Shown here: positions 1 through 11,500 of the stretch, in pieces | How the letters are laid out: each line of letters starts with the position of its first letter | Position numbering within the stretch: position 1 is the first letter of the stretch | Assembly: GCA_051294375.1 (NCBI GenBank) | Contig: CM119268.1 | Coordinates: 23,732,773-23,796,772 of the forward strand | Direction of reading: 5' to 3' | Source of the DNA: Paraspadella gotoi | Taxonomy: Eukaryota > Animalia > Chaetognatha | DNA length: 64,000 bases | Notes under the pieces: generated by a model | The model's input: only the letters and a program-made list of their open reading frames with translations | The model's database searches: none | What the model was told of the DNA's origin: nothing | Position numbers and translations under genes: made by a program

Positions 1-90
1 AATGAAATGAATTGAATGAAATGAATGAAATAAAATGATTTTACTTTAATGAATTCAATCAATGAAATGAGAGAGAGAGACATGCATAAC

Positions 91-2569
91 TTTCAGCCGC
101 TGCAGAGGTCAACTCGGAGCCGGAATCTGCTGGAAGCACACCCGGCTAAAAAAATTATAGATAATATGACCTAATATTTTTGGGCTACAGTAAATCCGCT
201 TTAAACGTAAGATTCATGGTGCAAAAAAAATCATTGTGCGCTTAAAATTGAGTAATATTATATTATATTATAGATATTAATCTATCATTATAACCCTAGC
301 AGAGACACAAAAAGATAAAATCAGAGACAAAAACTAATGACAAGCGAGACTTTTAGACGAACCTCAACAGAGAACGGGTTTAAGATCACGGTAACTCGCG
401 CGCCTCCGTACATTCCAGGAACAGGAACGTAGCTGTCGTAGAATTTTCTGTCAGAGGAGACGGCGCACTCCAGCATTGGTCGGAGCTGTTGTTGATGTAG
501 AGGGATGGACAAAAAAAAAGGGAAAGAGAATGAAAATTGTTATTTTATAACTATATGTATAATTAATAAGAAGTAACAGATTTTAAATATGAGTTCGAAA
601 TTTGATAAAAATATTCAGGCAATCCTTTTTGGGCTTATTTTCCCAGAACGCCGCATTTCATCTTTAACTTGTATTTCGGTTATTTTTTTGGAATTAAAGA
701 TTAAGTTGGAGGTTAATATTATAGGTTAGGATTAGGATTAGATAAGTGAATAGAATTAAGGATTATGTTACTGATTTGGTTTTGGGATTTGGGTTTAAGA
801 TTAGGGTTACAAATTGAGGATAATTATTACGATCTTAAGTTAGGGTTAAGGATTAGCTTAAGATTTGGGTTTAAGGTTAGGGACTAGGGTCAGGGATTAG
901 GTTATGAGGTTTGAAATATGTTCAGGTTAAATATTAAGGCTAAAATTAAATTCCAGAATAAAGGTATAGAAATGAAGCGCTTTGGGAAAACAGAGCCAAC
1001 ATTTTTACCTTATTTGCGGCTCTGCTCTCCCATTGCAGTCTAGCATTTGATACCTGCGGTGCGGCTAGCCTTGTCCTTTCCGCCAACCCGCAAGCGACTT
1101 CTGCAATGACTTTAGCCACTGAGGATTCTGCTGCATCAATGGAAGAATCTGAGATTGGAATTTGGAATCGAAGTAAATCGATGAGGGAAGATGGACGATG
1201 GTGGGCGGTTGCGATCTGGAAAATGGGGGGTTGGGGAAAAATGTGAAAGGGGAGGGGAAAGGAGTAAGGGAGAGAGAGGGAGGGGGAGAGGGAGAAGGGA
1301 AAAGAGGAAAGGGAGTAGATTTAGTCGCACAATAAACTAAGATTTGGATACACATATTCATAATAAAATAAGGCTCAATCACTTAGAAGTTTACAGCCTA
1401 ACTTAACTAATTCAGTACATCTGCTGAAGTTTATATTGTACAAAAAAGTTTTATAATAAAACTATTTTTTTTTTATTTTAACACAACAACAACAACAACG
1501 ACAAACCTCAAAAGGAAAATGAAGAGAATTTCCTGATTTGTCGACGTCATCCCTAAAAATATATATAAAACATTTTAATCGACTTAGATTAGGGTAACTA
1601 AAAAAAAATAGAATTAATTCATGTTTAATTTAAACTAAAATACAAAATTCAAACAAAATGAGCCTTATTTTCTTAAAGTTCTCCTTAAATTTGGAATTAA
1701 ATTAATTTAAAAATTAGGCTATAGGTTAAAGTCATGGTCCATAGATCAGGTTTAAGATTAAGGATTATATTAGTAATTATGGTTAAGGGTTACAGTTTAA
1801 AATTTGGGTTAAATATTATATTTAATATTTTGAAATAAGATTAGGGTTATATTTTAGGGTTAAGTTTAGGAATGAAGGAACAGAAATGGGGTGCTTTTGG
1901 GAAAGAGAGCCTCGAAATAGCTTCCTTCTCTGCCTTTTTCCTTTCTATATTTTGTCTTAAATCTCACATTAAAATCTCCTCACGTAGTGAAAAGATTAAT
2001 TTGTCAATGAATAAATATTCAAATGAATAAATGTCCGATGACGAATCTTCACTTAGGTTTCTTCACTTCACTCACCCCGATTCCATCCTAAACGATTTCA
2101 TTGCTCCGCCATCTAACAAATACTGAATAAAATCTATCGGTGCATCAGCGGCGGCAAAATGAAGCGGAGTCCTTAAATCCGGAGCGCCGTCTGTCGGGGA
2201 AAATGAGGAAACTTTAAACAAGTTTGAGCAAACAACGTCGAATCTGCGTGCGGTGATTTAGGGGTAATCAGTTAATCAGATGATAAGTCACGAGAGTTGT
2301 TTTTAATTTGTGATGATAACACATCATAACACAACATTACATAACATAACATTACCGGTGAGTTCAGTGGAGTTAACTCCTCCAAATTGATCCAGTAAAT
2401 TTTTCGCTTCCTTCCAATCTTTTGATTTTAAAGCAGAAAAAAGTTTTTCATTTGTTATGACTATTGATTCGTTATAAGATTCTTTGGTTACGTTAATCGG
2501 ATATTCGTTAAGCGACATTTTCCATTTACGTTTTGATCGAAAGCAACAGAGAGATTCGAATCTTTTCAT
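91..2569 (-). CDS. Ankyrin-repeat protein with PVPGMYGG motif; 6 exons in the window, continues off the left edge
   Basis: GT-AG exons 2569-2356, 2190-2076, 1552-1507, 1215-1009, 485-363 and 145-91 join in frame with consistent phases (1,2,0,0,0). Translation: ...LFSALKSKDWKEAKNLLDQFGGVNSTELTDGAPDLRTPLHFAAADAPIDFIQYLLDGGAMKSFRMESG...FPFEIATAHHRPSSLIDLL...YVPVPGMYGGARVTV...SAAAE. TPLHxAA is the ankyrin motif. Start is ATG 2569 or 2518. Confidence 0.8.
632..997. mobile_element. TIR element (MITE-like) filled with degenerate TTAGGG repeats, in an ankyrin gene intron
   Basis: Ends GGCTTATTTTCCCAGAACG and CGCTTTGGGAAAACAGAGCC are imperfect inverted repeats. The interior is TTAGGG/TTAGGA/TTTGGG-like. 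The same termini recur elsewhere in the window. Confidence 0.65.
1661..1911. mobile_element. Second copy of the telomere-like TIR element
   Basis: GCCTTATTTTCTTAAAG ... GCTTTTGGGAAAGAGAGCC with TTAGGG-like interior. Confidence 0.5.
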
Positions 2570-2803
2570 TTCTGTCTCGCTCTCTCTTTCTCTCTCTGTC
2601 TCACTCTCCGTCTCTATCTGTGCGGGTTATAACATCCGGTTTTACGTATTATGAATCATGTTACGAACGAGTTTTACTGGGCGAGGTTGTTTTTATTCTG
2701 CGATGTCGTTTTGTTCGTAAAATCGATTTTCTTTTTGTAGCAGAAACTAGCGGAGGAATTTGGAACTAAAAACCCGATTCAAACTTGAAGGGGAAAACAA
2801 AAG

Positions 2804-2898
2804 ATTTAAAATTTAAAATTTAAAATTTAAAATTTAAAATTTAAAATTTAAAATTTAAAATTTAAAATTTAAAATTTAAAATTTAAAATTTAAAATTT
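2804..2898. repeat. (TTTAAAA)n heptamer tandem repeat; inverted copy at about 6936-7007
   Basis: Directly visible perfect array. Confidence 0.9.
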
Positions 2899-3459
2899 AG
2901 TTTTGATAGCGAGTTAATGTTTTCTGTCTTTACAAAAATTTCTTATTTTAATAACCATAATGAAGTTATACGATCTAATGAAATGGGTACAACCAATATA
3001 AAAATTATCCATTCATTTAATAAATAAGCTATCTTGCCCCTGACTTTGGACAGGCTTTGGTGGTTTAAGGCCTCCATCACTCTTACAAGATAATGACATA
3101 GCACGTCCCTGCAAGCTTTCAATCAATAATGTGAGAATCAGCTTCAAATGATTAAACTGACTAAACGTAGGAGATAAAATCAAATTAACCTTCTTTTTAG
3201 TATTAAGGGCGTCTAATTGAACCAACAACAAAAGTATAAGCAATGTATTAACAACTGTGCAAAACTAATAATACTAAAAATAATAATTCAATGTAAGAAG
3301 AAAAAACCGAGTACATTGAAACCAGTTTCGATTAGTAATCTCTCTCTCTACTCTCTCTCTCTCCCTCTCTACTCTCTCTCTCTCTACTCTCTCCCTCTCT
3401 CTCTACTCACTCTCCCTCCCTCCCCCTCTCACTCTCTCCCTCCTACTCAACAACATTCC

Positions 3460-4121
3460 CTCATTATCGTTCATATCCGTCATCGCCCTTTTCCCATCGT
3501 TGTCACCCCCACTGCCACGGCCGTAGCAACGCCCACTGCTACCACCCCGCCTCCCGGATTCCCTCAAGCAGGAAGCGGATCGTCCAGCGCCTTAACTCTT
3601 CCGTGTGAAGAGAAAATCCATGAGTTTGCGAATTCCCATCAAAGCGACGATCATCACTGGGAAGACGATGCTCGTTTCCTGGGAGGGAGAGAGGGAGGGA
3701 GTGGGAGAGAGGGAGAGAGGGAGGAGAGGGGGATGGAGGAAGGAAAAGGAGGAGAGAGAGAGGAAGAGGGGAGGGAGAAGGAGAGGGGAGAGGGAGGGAG
3801 AGATAGAGGAGGAGTGAGAGGGAGTGAGAAAGAGAAGGGAGAGAGAGGGAGAAGGGGAGGGAGAGAGAGAGAGAGGAAAAGGGAGAGAGGGAGGGGGAAG
3901 GAGTGAGAAAGAGAAGGGAGAGAGAGAGGGAAAAGGGGAGTATGGGAGAGGGAGAGAGAGATGGAAAGGGAGGGAGGGAGAGGGAGTAAGAAAGAGAAGG
4001 GAGAGAGAGAGGGGAGGGAGAAGAAGAGGAAGGAGGGAGAGGCAGAGTAGGATGGGAGAAAGGGAGGAGAGAAAGAAAAAAAGAAGAATTTGGTAAGAAA
4101 ATGAAGATAATAGTTTTAAAA

Positions 4122-4189
<68 letters not shown>

Positions 4190-5494
4190 AATCCTGAAAC
4201 AGAGCCAATTCTTAAGTAATCGAATATTTGTCCTAATCATTTTCTTTTCTTGTTTCAACTTTTTTAACGTCGGAAAAAAAAAGTTTATGTTTTAATATAA
4301 AGAACAATAAGCTACACTTTAAATAATTAAAACAATTTTTCTATTCGACAAAATGGATCATATTTAAGTTTATATTGGTTATTTTCGCGTTTACTTACCT
4401 GACGCGTTAGCAATTAATCATCTATATTTTCAAAAGTAAGTTAAATAATTTAATTAATTTAAACATTTCAATATTGTAAAATGAATATTAAATTTTTTCT
4501 CTACTAGAATCCAAGGCGAAATAAAAAAACATCAAAATGACTTTTCGGTAATTAACGTCATTTTATGTCAAGAATAGATTTTTATCTAATTTATATCATT
4601 ACAAATAAATATTTCAAATATTTAACAATATTTTCCTATTTTTCCTCAGAAGAGATGACTTCGACTCCAAATTCCATGAGCNNNNNNNNNNNNNNNNNNN
4701 NNNNNNGCCCACTGCTACCACCCCCGCCTCCCCGGATGTCCCTCAGAGCAGGAAGCGGATCGTCCAGCGCCTTCAACTCTTCCGTAGTGAAGAGAAAATC
4801 CATGAGTTTGCGAATTCCCATCAAAGCGACGATCATCACTGGGAAGACGATGCTCGTTTCCTGGGAGGGAGAGAGGGAGGGAGTGGGAGAGAGAGGAGGC
4901 AAAGAGAAGGAGAAGGTGAGGGAGGGAGGGAAAGAGTGAGAGGGATAAGGGAAAGAAGAGGGAGGGAGGAAGAGGGAGAGAGGGGAGAGAGAAAGGGAAG
5001 GGAAGGGAGTGAGAAAGAGAGGGTGAGTGAGAGGGAGAGAGAGAGAGAGGGAGAAGGAGGGGAGGGAGAGAGAGAGGGAGGGAGAGGGATGAGAAAGAGA
5101 AGGGAGAGAGAGGGAGAAGGGGAGGGAGAGAGAGAGAGGGGAAGGGAGAGAGGAGGGGGAAGGAGTGAGAAAGAGAAGGGAGAGAGAGAGGGAAAAGGGG
5201 AGTATGGGAGAGGGAGAGAGAGATGGAAAGGAGGGGGAGGGAGGGAAGTAGAAAGAGAAGGGAGAGAGAGAGGGGAGGGAGAAGAAGAGGAAGGAGGGAG
5301 AGGCAGAGTTAGGATGGGAGAAAGGGAGGAGAGAAAGAAAAAAAGAAGAATTTGGTAAGAAAATGAAGATAATATTTTAAAATATGTCTNNNNNNNNNNN
5401 NNNNNNNNNNNNNNGACGTAAAAAAGTTGAGACAAAGAAAGAAAATGATTAGGACAAATATTCGATTACTTAAGAATTGGCTCTGTTTCAGGAT

Positions 5495-5576
<82 letters not shown>

Positions 5577-8500
5577 GAGAAGAGAGGAGACATATTTTAA
5601 ATATTATCTTCATTTTCTTACCAAATTCTTCTTTTTTTCTTTCTCTCCTCCCTTTCTCCCATCCTAACTCTGCCTCTCCCTCCTTTCCTCTTCTTCTCCC
5701 TCCCTCTCTCTCTCCCTTCTCTTTCTACTCCCTCTCCTCCCTCCCTTTCCATCTCTCTCTCCCTTCCCATACTCCCCTTTTCCCTCTCTCTCTCCCTTCT
5801 CTTTCTCACTCCTCCCCCTCCTCTCTCCCTTTCCCCTCTCTCTCTCTCCCTCCCCTTCTCCCTCTCTCTCCCTTCTCTTTCTCACTCCCTCCCTCCCTCT
5901 CTCTCTCCCCCCTCCCCTCTCCCTCTCTCTCTCTCTCCTCTCACTCACCCTCTCTTCTCACTCCCTTCCTTCCCTTCTCTCTCCCCTCCCTCTCCTCCTC
6001 CCTCTCTTTCCCTTATCCTTCACCTTTCCCTCCCTCCCTACCTCTCCTCTCTTTCCTCCTCTCTCTCCCTCTCACTCCCCTCTATCTCTCCCTCCCTCTC
6101 CCCTTCTCCATCCCCTCTCTCCCTCTCTCTCTCTCCCTCCCTCTCCCTCCCAGGAAACGAGCATCGTCTTCCCAGTGATGATCGTCGCTTTGATGGGAAT
6201 TCGCAAACTCATGGATTTCTCTTCACGACGGAAGAGTTAAAGCGCTGGACGATCCGCTTCCTGCTTTGAGGGACATCCGGGGAGGCGGGGTGGTAGCAGG
6301 GGCGTTGCTACGGCCGTGGCAGTGGGGGTGACAACGATGGGAAAAGGCGATGACGGATATGAACGATAATGAGGGAATGTTGTTGAGTAGGAGGGAGAGA
6401 GAGAGAGGGGGAGGGAGGGAGAGAGAGAGGAGAGAGAGAGAGAGAGAGATAGAGAGAGAGAGAGTAGAGAGAGAGAGAGAGAGAGAGTAGAGAGAGAGAT
6501 TACTAATCGAAACTGGTTTCAATGTATCGGTTTTTTCTTCTTACATTGAATTATTATTTTTAGTATTATAGTTTTGCACAGTTGTTAATACATTGCTTAT
6601 ACTTTGTTGTTGGTTCAATTAGACGCCCTAATACTAAAAAGAAGGTTAATTTTGATTTTATCTCCTACGTTTAGTCATTTTAATCATTTGAAGCTGATTC
6701 TCCATTATTGATTGAAAGCTTGCAGGGACGTGCTATGTCATTATCTTGTAAGAGTGATGGAGGCCTTAAACCACCAAAGCCTGTCCAAAGTCAGGGGCAA
6801 GATAGCTTATTTATTAAATGAATGGATAATTTTTATATTGCGTTGTACCCATTTCATTAGATCGTATAACTTCATTATGGTTATTAAAATAAGAAATTTT
6901 TGTAAAGACAGAAAACATTAACTCGCTATCAAAACTAAATTTTAAATTTTAAATTTTTTTAAATTTTAAATTTTAAATTTTAAATTTTAAATTTTAAATT
7001 TTAAATCTTTTGTTTTCCCCTTCAAGTTTGAATCGGGTTTTTAGTTCCAAATTCCTCCGCTAGTTTCTGCTACAAAAAGAAAATCGATTTTACGACGGAA
7101 AAAAAAAAGTTTATGTTTTAATATAAAGAACAATAAGCTACACTTTAAATAATTAAAACAATTTTTCTATTCGACAAAATGGATCTATATTTAAGTTTCA
7201 TATTGGTTATTTTCGCGTTTACTATACCTGACGCGTTAGCAATTAATCATCTATATTTTAAAAGTAAGTTAAATAATTTAATTAATTTAAACATTTCAAT
7301 ATTGTAAAATGAATATTTAAATTTTTTCTCTACTAGAATCCAAAGGCGAAATAAAAAAACATCAAATTGACTTTTCGGTAATTAACGTCATTTTATGTCA
7401 AGAATAGATTTTTATCTAATTTATATCATTACAAATAAATATTTCAAATATTTAACAATATTTTCCTATTTTTCCTCAGAAGAGACTGACTTCGACTCCA
7501 AATTCCATGAGCGAAATTTCTAATGCAATCAGAAAAATTGAGGTAAAAAACTGATATTATTTTTTTGCTTTTTGCTTTTTGCTTTTTTTTATCATGGATT
7601 AACTAAATATTGTTTCTTTGACGTTTCTTTATTCTAATGCGTTTGGTTTTACATGTGTTGGTGACATTAAGCCTGACATTGACAAATTATATCTTTAATA
7701 GTTTAATGAAGTTGTTTGATTTAATGCCTTTATTTTGCTTTGGTGTCAATTTGGGTTTTCGATTAGATGAATTGAATCACCGACTCACTGATTCACAATT
7801 GGCAACAGATAATATTTCAATGTGACTTTTTTTGACAGAATTCGTTGAAAAAAGTTCGCGACGAACTTTCATCATTTGAGGAACAAAGTTGGACTTTTTT
7901 AGAAATGATGTATGATAGAGGATTAATGAAAAGCATTGAGAATTACTCGACAGGTAAATAGATTTATACAATATTACAATTATGTTTTCATTCAATTATA
8001 TATAGTATATATAAATCAAATAATAATCAAAACAACATTTTATTCTTAATCTAACCTCAGATTTGGCGGCGATGATCAAAGAGACTCCACCCAACGAAGT
8101 CAAGAATTTTGGATTAAATTCCATGAAATCAACAACAAAAACTTTAAGAAAAATCCGAGAGATTTGCATAAAATACAGTAAGAACAACACTATGACTGTG
8201 AATGAGACTATGACTCTTTGAATGAGATCACGAGAAGCATAATTTGATCAAATTGCAATAATTAATGACTATTATTATAATCTTCACATAATAATAAAAG
8301 ATTGATCGCAGTGAGCAGGATTTGAACCTACGCAGGGAAACCCTATCTGATTTCAAGTCAGACGCCTTAACCACTCGGCCATCACTGCTTGTATGATCTA
8401 ATTAATTAAATGCTGTCTCTATCTCTCTCCCCTTCGCTTTCTCTCTGTCCCCTTAGATCCCCTACACCCCATCTCCGACTCCCCCACCGGCCGCAGCCTC

Positions 8501-11500
8501 TCAACGATCTCCACCTTTGGTTTCACCATCGATGAGCTGTTTCGGAGTCTGGATGATGTTGTTGAGAAGGAAGTGATGGAGTTTGGGAAATTGATGGAGA
8601 TGGTAGAAAGGAAGTAAGTGATGGGGTGAGGGAGAACCTGGTGTCTCAGTCCAGAGAATGCACCATTGCTGTTTGTTTATGCCAGAATTTAAATTTAATT
8701 CTAAGATATAACCTAAGTATATGTATTAACCTATAAACCAATCCATAACACTAATTTCTAATCCTAATCCCTAATCCTAAACTAATCCCTAACCCTAATC
8801 CTAATCCCTAATCCTAAACTAATCTTTAACCATAATCCCTAATTTTTAAACAGAACTTTCTGAGAAAACAAGGCCAAAAACCAAAAAAGTAGTCTTTAGC
8901 CCACCTCGTTCCTTATCCGCAAGTCGTATTCTCCATCTGTCCAAAGTTGTTGCAAGAAAAGTTAATGAGTATTTTATTTATTTTTATCTACACATTTTAC
9001 TATTTTTTTACTTTTTTTACTCAGAATTTCTCTCGGATTCGAAGAATTTTCTCTGATGGAACCAAAAGAAGCAAAATTGTGTCTTCTGTCAATGATTATT
9101 TAAAAGCAAATAATTTTTCTCCTATTTGCACCGAAATTATTAAACAACTCATAATAAAAGTAAACTAAGAGTCACTAAATAATAAAACGCAGTGAGCAGG
9201 ATTCGAACCTGCGCAGGGAAACCCTATCTGATTTCGAGTCAGACGCCTTAACCACTCGGCCATCACTGCTTACAATAGTCTTTCTTTCTCTCACTCTCTG
9301 TCTCTCTCACCTTAAAGTGCTTAACGAGATAGAGCATCAAAAAGCCAATCGCTTGCACGGCAGTAAATAGATGCACTCGGCATGGCCGAACGCGTCTTAA
9401 GTATGGCCTGTCCGGTTGATGCTTCAAAGGCATCAAGAGAAGGAGGAGTCGTTCGAAGAATTGGATCCCGCCGAGAGAGGACACGCCCATGTAGAGGAAT
9501 ATGCCGTAAAGGACGGCCATAGGGATCATCTGTAAATGAGATTGATAGAGAGACGGATAGAAATGGTTAAAAATAGAATTGAATGGATGGCTGGGAAAAT
9601 AAATGGATATTTAGTTTAATAGATGGATTGTATTGAAGGAAGAATAAAGGGATAAGCTGATTACAACAAAACTTAACCTGCAAAACTCCCGACATGAGGA
9701 CCGACAGGCCGATAGCGAAGTGAGACAAGCAGGCGGTCAGGCGTTGTTCTTTGATCCCGAGAAAAACGGGCTTTTCTCCTGGCGCCTGAATCTTCGATTC
9801 GACGCGAAGCGAATTCACGTGTACCATGGATCGAACCTGAGTAGATGGATCGTTCCAAAAAAATCAATTAAATTAATTTATGTCAGTTGGACAATCAATT
9901 AAATTAATCAATCAACAATCTCTTTATCAAACAGTCAAACAAGTAGTCAATCAATAGAACGAGTATTCAATTAATCAATCAACCAATCAATCAGTCGGTC
10001 AAACAATTTTGTAACCAATCAAATAATCGATCGTTCTTTTAATCGTTCCAATAATCAATCACTCAAATAATAAGTCAATCAATCAAACAACCGATCAATC
10101 CTTTAATCAATCAGTCAATCAATCAATCAATCAATCCCCTCACCGTAGCGGCGACGAAATAAGGTAGACCAAGCAGAGCGGAAATGAAGATGAGGAGTGA
10201 GATCATGAGCAAATCTAAGTGATAACCGGCGCCTGGTGTAAAGATGATTCGAATACAGTGAGACCGGATTAAACCGGGTTAGGGTTAGAATTGATTGATG
10301 AAGCGAATAAACATCGAATACAATTTTAAAAACATCTTTTTAAATAAGTAGTTATGTTTGCAGAACCCATTCTATGGCTGCTATAAGGGGATAAAATAAT
10401 ATCGGATAGTACTCTTTCGCCCACTTAGCGCCTTATTTATTTGATTACAACATAAAATTCCTAAGAGCGAGATAATTTTTAAGATGTCTCGGTTTACCAT
10501 TTGAACAAGTTGTTTAACATTTCACCTTAAATTATCAGCCATCTCTTTCCTAAACAACATCAATTTCATCACTCCTTCTCTTTCCCCAGCAACCCCTCTC
10601 TCTCTTTCTCCATCAACCCCTCTCTCTCTTTCTCCATCAAACGCTCTCTCTCTTTCCCAATCAACCCCCTTCTCTCTCTTTCCCATCAACCTCTCTCTCT
10701 CTCTCTTTCTCCATCAAACGCTCTCTCTCTTTCCCCATCAACCCCTCTCTCTCTTTCTCCATCCCCATCTCTCACCCTTTTTCATCTTATTCTCTTTCCT
10801 ATTGATGATGACCAAAGTAATTGTTTGATCCATGAAGATGAGAATCGTCTGCAGAATCGCTGGGATCAAAGCCAAGAGGATCATCCACTTGTTATCAATT
10901 CCTTTCATTGGATCCACCACCCAACCGCGGTGGGTAGAGAGAGTGGGCTGTGGAGAGAGAGATAGAGAGAGAGAGAAAGAGAGATAGAGAGAGAAAGCAA
11001 AAAATTAGAAAAAGAATGAGAGAAAGAGAAAGAGAAAGAAATATAAAGAATATAAATAAATAGATATAGATAATGATAACAACGGCAATATCAGTGACGG
11101 CAACTACAGTAGGAAAATCAGTCGTGATTAAAACAACAAGGGAAAGAACAACAATGATAACGGAATTCACTACAATGATTAGTCTGCATTGACAACAAGA
11201 AAGTGGTCCTTTTATATTATATATATATTATATAATTGAAACATTCTTTGAAATAATTTACCACTTCATTGATAAAGAAGCCAGGTACTCTGGGAGTGAA
11301 TAAACGAGACTGTGAGAAAGTCTAGTCTCTAACCCTAACCCTAACCCTAAACCCTTTATCCCTTTATCCCTAATCTCTAACCTTAACTCCTAGTCTTAAA
11401 CTCTAATCCCAAATATTTCGCATTAACCTTAATCCTTCAACCCAATCTTTAACTAAATTTAAAAAAAAACCGAAACGGGACGTTCTCGCAAAATAAGGTC

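Larger units (their letters stand above)
2715..7095. repeat. Inverted duplication (2715-4271 vs 5415-7095), plus direct copies (4271-4681 vs 7096-7511, and partial 4707-5389)
   Basis: Reverse-complement match includes the TTTAAAA array, the dispersed repeat and the SLC4 terminal exon. Differences are mostly 1-nt indels, and N gaps lie at some junctions. Confidence 0.85.

Noticed and set aside
3217-6522. Long ORFs of 140-239 aa rich in ER/SL/P
   Set aside because: They are translations of GA/CT low-complexity tracts; only the ETSIVFP... segment is a real SLC4 exon.
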